From positions 1,088,001 to 1,152,000 of the forward strand of contig CAWANH010000028.1 of NCBI GenBank assembly GCA_963783375.1: 64,000 bases of DNA, in the 5' to 3' direction. Both the position numbers and the translations under genes were made by a program. A model generated the notes under the pieces. The model had not been told where the DNA came from. It saw only the letters and a program-made list of their open reading frames with translations, and searched no databases. The DNA comes from Candidatus Eiseniibacteriota bacterium (GTDB taxonomy: Bacteria > Eisenbacteria > RBG-16-71-46 > JABDJR01). This document shows positions 29,014 through 39,193 of this stretch, piece after piece; positions within the stretch are counted from its first letter, which is position 1, and each line of letters starts with the position of its first letter.

Positions 29014-29871
29014 ATGAAGCGTCCTCTGATCATCATTTTCGGTGTCCTGGCCGTGGGCACCGCCCTCGCTTCGCCCTACTACGCCCTCCCCCTGGCCGGC
29101 CGGGTCCGTAGCCCCTTCCACCCCTGGCTCCGCCCCTCGGGCTACGTGGGGCAGTCCCTGGGCATCCTGGCCTTCCTGCTCTTTGCCTTCCTCTGGCTCT
29201 ATCCGATCCGGAAGCGCTTTCGCCGGCTGGCGTTCACCGGCACCATCCCCAGGTGGCTCAAGGTGCACGTGGTGGCGGGGCTGGTCGTTCCCTTCGTGGT
29301 GGCGATCCACGCGGGATGGCGCTTCAACGGGCTGGCCGGTCTGGCCTTCGCGGCCATGGTCATCGTGTGGTTGAGCGGCATCGTCGGACGCTACATCTAC
29401 GTTCGCATCCCCCGTGGGAAGTCCGGCCTCTCCCTCAGCGCGGAGGAGATCGGCGCCCACCGGGAGAGCCTGGTCGGGCGGATCTCCGCGGCGACCCGCC
29501 TCACCCCGGATCGGGTGCGCGAGCTCCTGGCCGTGGACAGCGGCTCCTACCGGGGCCTCGGGCTGGCGGGCACCTTGCGCCGCATGGTGGCCGACGATCT
29601 CACCCGGCGTCGCGCCGTCCGCACCCTTCGCCGTGAGCTGGCCAAGGGCTCGGGCGGCGGCCCCCAACTGGATCCCTCCACCCTGGGCGAGGTCCTCCGT
29701 TGCGTGCGGCAGGAGATCGCCCTCGGCCAGCAGATCCGCCTCCTCGAAGGCACCCAGCGCATCTTTCGGTTCTGGCACGCCGCCCACAAGCCGGTGGCGG
29801 TGACCGCGCTCCTGGCGGTGCTGATTCACGTCGCGGTGGTCGTGGCGGTGGGCAGCACCTGGTTCCGATAG
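29014..29871 (+). CDS. His-rich polytopic membrane protein, cytochrome b / ferric-reductase-like TM domain
   Basis: TM His residues in 'WLKVHVVAG', 'AIHAG', 'FWHAAHKP' and 'LIHV'; first gene of the cytochrome operon. Confidence 0.75.
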   Translation: MKRPLIIIFGVLAVGTALASPYYALPLAGRVRSPFHPWLRPSGYVGQSLGILAFLLFAFLWLYPIRKRFRRLAFTGTIPRWLKVHVVAGLVVPFVVAIHAGWRFNGLAGLAFAAMVIVWLSGIVGRYIYVRIPRGKSGLSLSAEEIGAHRESLVGRISAATRLTPDRVRELLAVDSGSYRGLGLAGTLRRMVADDLTRRRAVRTLRRELAKGSGGGPQLDPSTLGEVLRCVRQEIALGQQIRLLEGTQRIFRFWHAAHKPVAVTALLAVLIHVAVVVAVGSTWFR

Positions 29872-29880
29872 GGAACGACG

Positions 29881-31320
29881 ATGGAAGCACTTCTCACCGC
29901 CGTGGCGTTCCTGGTCGTGACTGCGGCCTCGGTGATCTGGCATCTCCGGCGGACGGGGGTGGCGGCGGGTCCCGCCGCCCCACCGGCCGGGCCCCCGTGC
30001 CCGCGCTGCCACGCCGCGGTGCCCGCCGAGGCCACGTTCTGCCCGGCCTGCGGCGTGCCCCGGCAGATCTTCGAGGTCGTCACCGCGCAGACCGTGGACC
30101 CCTCCGCCCCGAAGTCCAACCGCGGCGTTGACGGGCCTCTCCACGCCCTGGTGCGCGCGGACCGGTGCGTGGGGTGCGGGACCTGCGTGGCCGCCTGCCC
30201 GGAACCGGGAGCGATCGCTCTCAAGGGGAAGGTGGCGGTGGTGGACAAGAACGTCTGCGTGGGCCACGGGGAGTGCGTCCAGGCCTGCCCGGTCGGCGCG
30301 GTCTCCATGGCCGGAGGGGAGGCGGTCCAGCGGGTCGAGGTTCCGGAGGTCGACGCGGGTTTCCAGTCCAACGTGCGCGGTCTCTACATCGTGGGGGAGC
30401 TGGGGGGGCGCGGCCTCATCAAGAACGCGATCAACGAGGGGAAGATCGCCGCCGAGGACGTGGTGCGGGCGCTTCCTCCCGGGGAATCGCGCGCCGACGG
30501 CCGGGACGACGTCCTTGATCTGGTGGTGGTGGGGTCCGGTCCGGCCGGCCTCAGCGCCGGGTTGGAGGCCCACCGCACCGGTCTTCGCTACGCCGTGCTC
30601 GAACAGGGCACCCTGGCCGACACCATCCGCAAGTATCCGCGGCGAAAGCTCCTCCTGGCCGAACCGGTTCGTGTCCCGCTCTACGGCGATCTGTGGGTCT
30701 CGGATGCCTCCAAGGAGACCCTGCTCCAGGTCTGGGAAACCATCATCGCCAACACCGGCCTGAGCGTGCTCACCGAGCACCGCGTGGGGAACGTGCTTCG
30801 CGAGGGCGAACTCTTCCGCGTCACCACCGACCGGGGCGACTTCCTGACCCGGCGCGTGGTGCTCGCCCTCGGCCGTCGCGGCACGCCCCGGCGGCTCGGC
30901 GTTCCCGGCGAGGAGCTGGCCAAGGTGACCTACGACATCGTGGAGATGGAGGTGTTCGCGGGGCGGCGGGTCCTGGTGGTGGGTGGGGGAGACAGCGCGG
31001 TGGAGTCCGCGCTGGGTCTGGCCAACCAGCCGGGGACCGAGGTGTACCTCTCCTACCGGGGCGCTGAGCTTTCCCGCGTCAAGGAACGGAACCTGACGAA
31101 GCTGGACAAGGCGCTGGCCGCGGGCAAGGTGACCATGCTCTACGAAAGCCGGATCGTGGAGATCGGCGAGGGGGAGGTGATCCTGGACGTCGCGGGGGAG
31201 ACACGCCGACTCCCCAACGACCACGTCATCATCCGGATCGGGGGCGATCCCCCGTTCAGGTTTCTCGAGCGCATCGGGGTGCGGTTGGTCCAGAAGGACG
31301 TGCCGCTGGTCTCGGCTTGA
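29881..31320 (+). CDS. Membrane-anchored 2x[4Fe-4S] ferredoxin / FAD-NAD(P)H oxidoreductase (TrxR/YpdA-like)
   Basis: N-terminal TM helix; Zn ribbon; CVGCGTCVAACP and CVGHGECVQACP; GSGPAG; VGGGDSA. Confidence 0.88.
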   Translation: MEALLTAVAFLVVTAASVIWHLRRTGVAAGPAAPPAGPPCPRCHAAVPAEATFCPACGVPRQIFEVVTAQTVDPSAPKSNRGVDGPLHALVRADRCVGCGTCVAACPEPGAIALKGKVAVVDKNVCVGHGECVQACPVGAVSMAGGEAVQRVEVPEVDAGFQSNVRGLYIVGELGGRGLIKNAINEGKIAAEDVVRALPPGESRADGRDDVLDLVVVGSGPAGLSAGLEAHRTGLRYAVLEQGTLADTIRKYPRRKLLLAEPVRVPLYGDLWVSDASKETLLQVWETIIANTGLSVLTEHRVGNVLREGELFRVTTDRGDFLTRRVVLALGRRGTPRRLGVPGEELAKVTYDIVEMEVFAGRRVLVVGGGDSAVESALGLANQPGTEVYLSYRGAELSRVKERNLTKLDKALAAGKVTMLYESRIVEIGEGEVILDVAGETRRLPNDHVIIRIGGDPPFRFLERIGVRLVQKDVPLVSA

Positions 31321-33392
31321 CCGCGGGTCGATCGCGGACGCCCGCCGGTTTCGCGGCGGCCATTACCCTCATGGGGGTCTTGATGCTCCTGGGTTCGACA
31401 GTCCGGGTTTCGGCCCAGATCTCTCCCGGCGACCTCTCCCGGGAGCACCAGGATCTGAGCGGCCCGCTCAACTGCCTGAAGTGCCACGCCGGGAAGTCCG
31501 ACGCGATGGACGCGAACTGCCTCGCCTGTCACGCCGGGATCGCGCAGTTGAAGGAGAAGAACCTCGGGCTCCACTCCCGGACCGGCAAGGACCGGTGCGC
31601 TACCTGCCATCCCGAACATGCGGGCCGGGACTTCAAGCTCGTCGCGTGGGAGGGCGGATCGCCCGAGAAGTTCGACCACGGACGCACCGGCTGGACGCTC
31701 CAGGGCAAGCACGCGACCAAGGTTTGCCGGGATTGCCATCAGGCCAAGTACCGGACCTCACCGGTGACCCGGGTGATGAAACGGAAGGATCTCTCGGGGA
31801 GCTGGTTGGGTCTTGAGACCGCCTGCGCTTCGTGCCACGAGGACCTTCATCGCGGCGCCCTCGGAGGGGACTGCGCCCGGTGCCACGGCTTCGAGGCCTG
31901 GAAGCCGGCCGCCGCCTTCGACCACGCCGCCACCGCCTACCCCCTGACCGGAAAGCACGCGACCCTCGAGTGCGCCAAGTGCCACCTGGCCCCGGGTCTC
32001 GATCTGGCCCGGGACGGGAAGGGCCGGCCCATTCCCCTCTACAAACCGCTTCGCCACGACGAGTGCAGCGCCTGCCACCGCGATCCCCACGAGAACCGGC
32101 TCGGGCCCGCCTGCGGCAAATGCCACGTCACCGAGGGGTTCAAGAAAACGGCCGCGGGGGGGTTCGATCACGGGGTCACCCGGTACCCCCTGGCCGGCCG
32201 CCACGTCGGGCTGGAGTGCGCGAAGTGCCACGATCCGGTGAAGGCGTGGGGCAAGCGCCCGGCCTTTGCCCGCTGCGACGATTGCCACCGGGATCCCCAC
32301 GCCGGTGAGACCCGCCTGGCCGGAAAACCCGCGGATTGCGCGGCCTGCCACGCCGTCTCGGGGTTCCGCCCCTCGACCTACACCGTGGACCGCCATCGCG
32401 AAGCGGCCTACCCCCTGGAGGGAAAGCATCGCGGCGTGGAGTGTCGCGGGTGCCATCTCCTCAAGCCGGCGAAGGTGCCGGCGGAGAAGCTGGGAGCGGC
32501 GGGGATCCTCATGCGCCCCCGCTTCGCCACCTGCCGCGACTGCCACGCCGAAGCGCACGACGGCCAGCTCACCGGCCGCGCCGACGGCGGCGCCTGCCGG
32601 ACCTGCCACGCTCCCTCGGGCTGGAAACCGAGCCTCTTCACCGTATCGGACCACGCGACGCTCAAACTTGCGTTGGAAGGCAGGCACGAGGAGATCGCCT
32701 GCGCCGCGTGCCACGGCCCCCGCCGCCGCGATCTTCCGGTTCTTCCCGGCCCCGACACCACCGGGACCGCCGGCGTGATGTTGGCGTTGGGGAGCGGCGC
32801 GTGCGTGACCTGCCACGTCGACCCCCATTTCGGCCGCTATGATCGCCCCGCCGAGGCCTCGCCGCCGGGCGGTTGCCGCGCCTGCCATGCCGCCTCGACG
32901 TTCCGCCCCGCGACCGTCGGCGTGGAAACCCACCGGGAGTATTCCTTCCCCCTGGAAGGGGCGCATCGCGCGGTGCCGTGCACCGGTTGCCACCGGGAAC
33001 TCATGCGGCCGCCCCTGTCCTCGACCTTGGTCGGCGCGGGGGTGAAGCTCGTCCCCCTCCGGTTCAACCAGCACCGAAGCGCCTGCCGGGATTGCCACGA
33101 CGGGCCCCACGGGACGCAGTTCGCGGTTAGGGCGGACAAGGGGGCCTGCGGGACTTGCCACGGGGTCGACGCCTTCGCTCCCGCGGACCACTTCGACCAT
33201 GACCGGGACACGGCGTTCGGCCTCCGAGGCGCCCACGCGAAGGTGGCCTGCGCCGAATGCCATCCCTCACGGAAAGACGCGGACGGAGTGGAGCGGATCC
33301 GCTACCGCCCTACTCCCACCGAGTGCGAGAGCTGTCACCGGGGCGGTCGGCCCGGGACGGGGTCCCGCCGGAACGGGGGGGGCGGATCATGA
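31317..33392 (+). CDS. Multiheme cytochrome c, 23 CxxCH
   Basis: Signal peptide then 'QISPGDLS..H'; 23 CxxCH counted; repeated 'FDH...PL.G.H' His spacers. Confidence 0.95.
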   Translation: MTAGRSRTPAGFAAAITLMGVLMLLGSTVRVSAQISPGDLSREHQDLSGPLNCLKCHAGKSDAMDANCLACHAGIAQLKEKNLGLHSRTGKDRCATCHPEHAGRDFKLVAWEGGSPEKFDHGRTGWTLQGKHATKVCRDCHQAKYRTSPVTRVMKRKDLSGSWLGLETACASCHEDLHRGALGGDCARCHGFEAWKPAAAFDHAATAYPLTGKHATLECAKCHLAPGLDLARDGKGRPIPLYKPLRHDECSACHRDPHENRLGPACGKCHVTEGFKKTAAGGFDHGVTRYPLAGRHVGLECAKCHDPVKAWGKRPAFARCDDCHRDPHAGETRLAGKPADCAACHAVSGFRPSTYTVDRHREAAYPLEGKHRGVECRGCHLLKPAKVPAEKLGAAGILMRPRFATCRDCHAEAHDGQLTGRADGGACRTCHAPSGWKPSLFTVSDHATLKLALEGRHEEIACAACHGPRRRDLPVLPGPDTTGTAGVMLALGSGACVTCHVDPHFGRYDRPAEASPPGGCRACHAASTFRPATVGVETHREYSFPLEGAHRAVPCTGCHRELMRPPLSSTLVGAGVKLVPLRFNQHRSACRDCHDGPHGTQFAVRADKGACGTCHGVDAFAPADHFDHDRDTAFGLRGAHAKVACAECHPSRKDADGVERIRYRPTPTECESCHRGGRPGTGSRRNGGGGS

Positions 33393-36300
33393 GAGGGTGG
33401 AACGGGTTCCTGGCTCGTCTGTGGTCCCGGCGTCCTGGTTGGCGGCTCATCCGCCCGGGGTTTGTGCTGGTCGGCGTGTTCATCGTCTTCGGGGGAGGGA
33501 TGATCTGGGATGCGGTCGGAGCGGGGGCGGACGATGACGAGCCCAAGTACCCGCACGGGTCGTTCCAGGCGGAGTGCAGCATGTGCCACTCCTCGGAGGG
33601 ATGGAAACCGGCACAGATCGGCAAGCAGTTCAAACACGAGAAATACGGGATGCCTCTCGACGGGGCGCACGCCGAGACGCCGTGCCTGTCCTGTCACCGG
33701 TCCCTGGAATTCGCGGACAGCGGCACGCAGTGCGCCGAGTGCCACCAGGACGTGCACAACAGCGAGTTGGGAACGGAGTGCGCGGATTGCCACACCACCC
33801 GGAGCTTCGGGGATCGATCCCGGATGGAGGACCTCCATCAGCTCACCCGGCTGCCCCTGACCGGCGCGCATGCCACGCTGGACTGCGCGGATTGCCACGT
33901 GTCGCAGGCGAAAGGGAAGGGGACCTTCGCCGGGGTGGCGGCGGAATGCGCGTCGTGCCACCTGGCCCGCTACGAGGCCGTGGAGGATCCTCCCCATGAG
34001 GCAGACCACTTCTCAACGGAATGCTCCCTCTGCCACGGCACGTCGAGCTGGAACGGCGGCGCCTTCGAGGCGGCCGGCCTGACGGAGTTCGATCACGGGG
34101 CGACGCTGTTTCCCCTGACCGGGGCGCACACCCGAACGGAGTGCATGACGTGCCATGGGGGTGGGGTATACCGGGGGTTGAGCACGGAGTGCGCAACCTG
34201 CCACCAGTCCGACTACGACGGGACCACGGACCCGGATCATCAGGCCGCCGGGTATCCCTTGGAGTGTGCGAATTGTCACGGCACTGAGAGCTGGTCGGGA
34301 GCGGACTTCAATCACGATGAGACCGGGTTCCCGCTCACCGGGGCTCATGTGGTCCAGCAGTGCCAGAGCTGTCACGGGGGTGGGGTGTACCAGGGGCTGG
34401 GCACGAAGTGCGCGACCTGCCACCAGACCGACTACAATGGGACGACCGAACCGGTGCATAGCGCGGCCGGGTTCCCGGTCACCTGCCAGGACTGCCACAA
34501 CACGACCAACTGGGACGGCGCGACGTTCGACCACAGCACCCAGACCCAGTTCCCCCTCACCGGCGCGCACGTCGCCCAGCAGTGCCAGAGCTGCCACGGG
34601 GGTGGGGTGTACCAGGGGCTGGGCACGGAGTGCGCAACGTGCCACCAGGCGGACTACGATGGGACGACCGAGCCGGTTCACAGCGCGGCCGGGTTCCCGG
34701 TGACCTGCCAGGACTGCCACAACACGACGAACTGGGACGGGGCGACGTTCGATCACGACAGCCAGACCCAGTTCCCGTTGACCGGGGCGCACATCACCCA
34801 GCAGTGCCAGAGCTGTCACGGGGGTGGGGTGTACCAGGGGCTGGGCACGGAGTGCGCAACGTGCCACCAGGCGGACTACGATGGGACGACCGAGCCGGTG
34901 CACAGCGCGGCCGGGTTCCCGGTGACGTGCCAGAACTGCCACAACACGACCAGCTGGGACGGGGCGGTTTTCGATCACGATAGCCAGACCCAGTTCCCGC
35001 TCACCGGCGCGCACGTCGCCCAGCAGTGCCAGAGCTGCCACGGGGGTGGGGTGTACCAGGGGCTGGGCACGGAGTGCGCAACCTGCCACCAGGCGGACTA
35101 CGATGGGACGACCGAGCCGGTTCACAGCGCGGCCGGGTTCCCGGTGACCTGCCAGGACTGCCACAACACGACGAACTGGGACGGGGCGACGTTCGATCAC
35201 GACAGCCAGACCCAGTTCCCGTTGACCGGGGCGCACATCACCCAGCAGTGCCAGAGCTGTCACGGGGGTGGGGTGTACCAGGGGCTGGGCACGGAGTGCG
35301 CAACCTGCCACCAGGCGGACTACGATGGGACGACCGAGCCGGTGCACAGCGCGGCCGGGTTCCCGGTGACGTGCCAGAACTGCCACAACACGACCAGCTG
35401 GGACGGGGCGACGTTCGATCACGACAGCCAGACCCAGTTCCCGTTCACCGGGGCGCACATCGCCCAGCAGTGCCAGAGCTGCCACGGGGGTGGGGTGTAC
35501 CAGGGGCTGGGCACGGAGTGCGCAACCTGCCACCAGGCGGACTACGATGGGACGACCGAGCCGGTTCACAGCGCGGCCGGGTTCCCGGTGACCTGCCAGG
35601 ACTGCCACAACACGACGAACTGGGACGGGGCGACGTTCGATCACGACAGCCAGACCCAGTTCCCCCTCACCGGGGCGCATATCGCGGCTCAATGCCAGAG
35701 CTGCCACGGCGGCGGGGTGTACCAGGGGCTGGGCACGGAGTGCGCGACCTGCCACCAGGCCGACTACGACGGGACCACGGATCCACCTCACGACCCGGCC
35801 GGGTTCCCGGTGACCTGCCAGGACTGCCACAACACGACGAACTGGGACGGGGCGACGTTCGATCACGACAGCCAGACCCAGTTCCCGTTGACCGGGGCGC
35901 ACATCACCCAGCAGTGCCAGAGCTGTCACGGGGGTGGGGTGTACCAGGGGCTGGGCACGGAGTGCGCAACGTGCCACCAGGCGGACTACGATGGGACGAC
36001 CGAGCCGGTGCACAGCGCGGCCGGGTTCCCGGTGACGTGCCAGAACTGCCACAACACGACCAGCTGGGACGGGGCGGTTTTCGATCACGATAGCCAGACC
36101 CAGTTCCCGCTCACCGGCGCGCACGTCGCCCAGCAGTGCCAGAGCTGCCACGGGGGTGGGGTGTACCAGGGGCTGGGCACGGAGTGCGCAACCTGCCACC
36201 AGGCGGACTACGATGGGACGACCGAGCCGGTTCACAGCGCGGCCGGGTTCCCGGTGACCTGCCAGGACTGCCACAACACGACGAACTGGGACGGGGCGAC

Positions 36301-39193
36301 GTTCGATCACGACAGCCAGACCCAGTTCCCCCTCACCGGGGCGCATATCGCGGCTCAATGCCAGAGCTGCCACGGCGGCGGGGTGTACCAGGGGCTGGGC
36401 ACGGAGTGCGCAACCTGCCACCAGACCGACTACGACGGGACGACCGACCCGCCCCACGATCCGGCCGGGTTCCCGGTGACCTGCCAGGACTGCCACAACA
36501 CGACGAACTGGGACGGGGCGACGTTCGACCACGACACCCAGACCCAGTTCCCCCTCACCGGGGCGCACGTCGCCCAGCAGTGCCAGAGCTGCCACGGGGG
36601 TGGGGTGTACCAGGGGCTGGGCACGGAGTGCGCGACCTGCCACCAGTCCGACTACGACGGGACGACCGAGCCGGTTCACAGCGCGGCCGGGTTCCCGGTG
36701 ACCTGCCAGGACTGCCACAACACCACGACCTGGGACGGGGCGACGTTCGACCACAGCACCCAGACCCAGTTCCCCCTCACCGGCGCGCATGTCGCCCAGC
36801 AGTGCCAGAGCTGCCACGGGGGTGGGGTGTACCAGGGGCTGGGCACGGAGTGCGCAACCTGCCACCAGACCGACTACGACGGGACGACCGAACCGGTGCA
36901 CAGCGCGGCCGGGTTCCCGGTGACCTGCCAGGACTGTCACAACACCTCGGCCTGGGACGGCGCGACGTTCGACCACGATACCCAGACCCAGTTCCCGTTG
37001 ACCGGGGCGCACATCACCCAGCAGTGCCAGAGCTGTCACGGGGGTGGGGTGTACCAGGGGCTGAGCACCGAGTGCGCGACCTGCCACCAGACCGACTACG
37101 ACGGGACCACGGACCCGCCCCACGACCCGGCCGGGTTCCCGGTGACCTGCCAGGACTGCCACAACACGACGAACTGGGACGGGGCGACGTTCGACCACAG
37201 CACCCAGACCCAGTTCCCCCTCACCGGGGCGCACATCACCCAGCAGTGCCAGAGCTGCCACGGGGGTGGGGTGTACCAGGGGCTGGGCACCGAGTGCGCG
37301 ACCTGCCACCAGTCCGACTACGACGGGACCACGGACCCGCCTCACGACCCGGCCGGGTTCCCGGTGACCTGCCAGACTGCCACAACACGACGAACTGGGA
37401 CGGGGCGGACTTCGATCACGATACCCAGACCCAGTTCCCGTTGACCGGGGCGCACATCACCCAGCAGTGCCAGAGCTGCCACGGCGGCGGGGTGTACCAG
37501 GGGCTGGGCACGGAGTGCGCGACCTGCCACCAGACCGACTACGACGGGACGACCGACCCGGCCCACGATCCGGCTGGGTTCCCGGTGACCTGCCAGTCGT
37601 GCCACAACACGACGAACTGGGACGGGGCGACGTTCGACCACAGCACCCAGACCCAGTTCCCCCTCACCGGCGCGCACGTCGCCCAGCAGTGCCAGAGCTG
37701 CCACGGGGGTGGGGTGTACCAGGGGCTGGGCACGGAGTGCGCGACCTGCCACCAGTCCGACTACGACGGGACGACCGAGCCGGTTCACAGCGCGGCCGGG
37801 TTCCCGGTGACCTGTCAGGACTGCCACAACACGACGACCTGGGACGGGGCGGTTTTCGATCACGACAGCCAGACCCAGTTCCCGCTGACCGGGGCGCACA
37901 TCACCCAGCAGTGCCAGAGCTGCCACGGCGGCGGGGTGTACCAGGGGCTGGGCACGGAGTGCGCGACCTGCCACCAGGCCGACTACGACGGGACCACGGA
38001 CCCGGCCCACGACCCGGCCGGGTTCCCGGTGACCTGCCAGGACTGCCACAACACGACGAACTGGGACGGCGCGACGTTCGACCACAGCACCCAGACCCAG
38101 TTCCCGCTCACCGGGGCGCATCATCGCGGTCCAATGCCTGAGCTGCCACGGCGGCGGGGTGTACCAGGGGCTGGGCACCGAGTGCGCAACCTGCCACCAG
38201 ACCGACTACGACGGGACCACCGACCCGGTGCACAGCGCGGCCGGGTTCCCGGTGACCTGCCAGGACTGCCACAACACGACGACCTGGGACGGCGCGACGT
38301 TCGACCACAGCACCCAGACCCAGTTCCCGCTCACCGGGGCGCATCTCGCGGTCCAATGTCTGAGTTGCCACGGCGGCGGGGTGTACCAGGGGCTGGGCAC
38401 CGAGTGCGCAACCTGCCACCAGGCCGACTACGACGGGACGACCGAACCGGTCCACAGCGCGGCCGGGTTCCCGGTGACCTGCCAGAACTGCCACAACACC
38501 ACGACCTGGGACGGCGCGACGTTCGACCACAGCACCCAGACCCAGTTCCCGCTCACCGGGGCGCATCTCGCGGTCCAATGTCTGAGCTGCCACGGCGGCG
38601 GGGTGTACCAGGGGCTGGGCACCGAGTGCGCGACCTGCCACCAGACCGACTACAATGGGACGACCGAACCGGTGCATAGCGCGGCCGGGTTCCCGGTGAC
38701 CTGCCAGAACTGTCACAACACCTCGGCCTGGGACGGCGCGACGTTCGACCACAGCACCCAGACCCAGTTCCCCCTCACCGGCGCGCACGTCGCCCAGCAG
38801 TGCCAGAGTTGCCACGGGGGTGGGGTGTACCAGGGGCTGGGCACGGAGTGCGCGACCTGCCACCAGTCCGACTACGACGGGACGACCGAGCCGGTTCACA
38901 GCGCGGCCGGGTTCCCGGTCACCTGCCAGAACTGTCACAACACGACGACCTGGGACGGGGCCACCTTCGACCATGACGCATCGTTCTTCCCGATCTACTC
39001 GGGGAGTCATAGTGGACGATGGAGCGATTGCACCGACTGTCACACCAACAACACGAATTACACCGATTTCACCTGCCTGAGCTGCCATCCGCACGATGAC
39101 AAATCCAAGACCGATGGGGACCATCGGGGCAGATCCGGATACCAATACGACAGCCAGGCTTGTTATTCATGCCATCCCCGGGGGAGCCACTAA
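33389..39193 (+). CDS. Giant tandem-repeat multiheme cytochrome c (~1934 aa, 76 CxxCH after correcting a -1 at ~37375 and a +1 at ~38122)
   Basis: ATG at 33389 overlaps the upstream stop; ORF pieces 33257..37444, 36136..38679 (middle part) and 38159..39193 join into one repeat protein; stop overlaps the next ATG (TAATG). Confidence 0.9.
34325..38975 (+). repeat. Coding tandem repeat, 21 x 222 bp (74 aa, 3 CxxCH per unit)
   Basis: First Cys codon of each unit recurs at 34361+222n up to 38801 (offset by -1 between the two indels). Confidence 0.95.

Noticed and set aside
29998-30012. CPRCH in the oxidoreductase as a heme-binding site
   Set aside because: It pairs with a downstream CPACG as a zinc ribbon in a region predicted to be cytoplasmic
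34013-37345. Long antisense and alternative-frame ORFs (also 4064..6790, 13048..16245, 41705..44227, 58374..60926)
   Set aside because: Shadow ORFs expected in high-GC DNA; Arg/Pro/Gly-rich, no motifs, and they overlap well-supported genes
34325-38975. Long regular repeat array as a CRISPR or non-coding satellite
   Set aside because: The period is 222 bp (a multiple of 3), there are no unique spacers, and it encodes an in-frame tri-heme module
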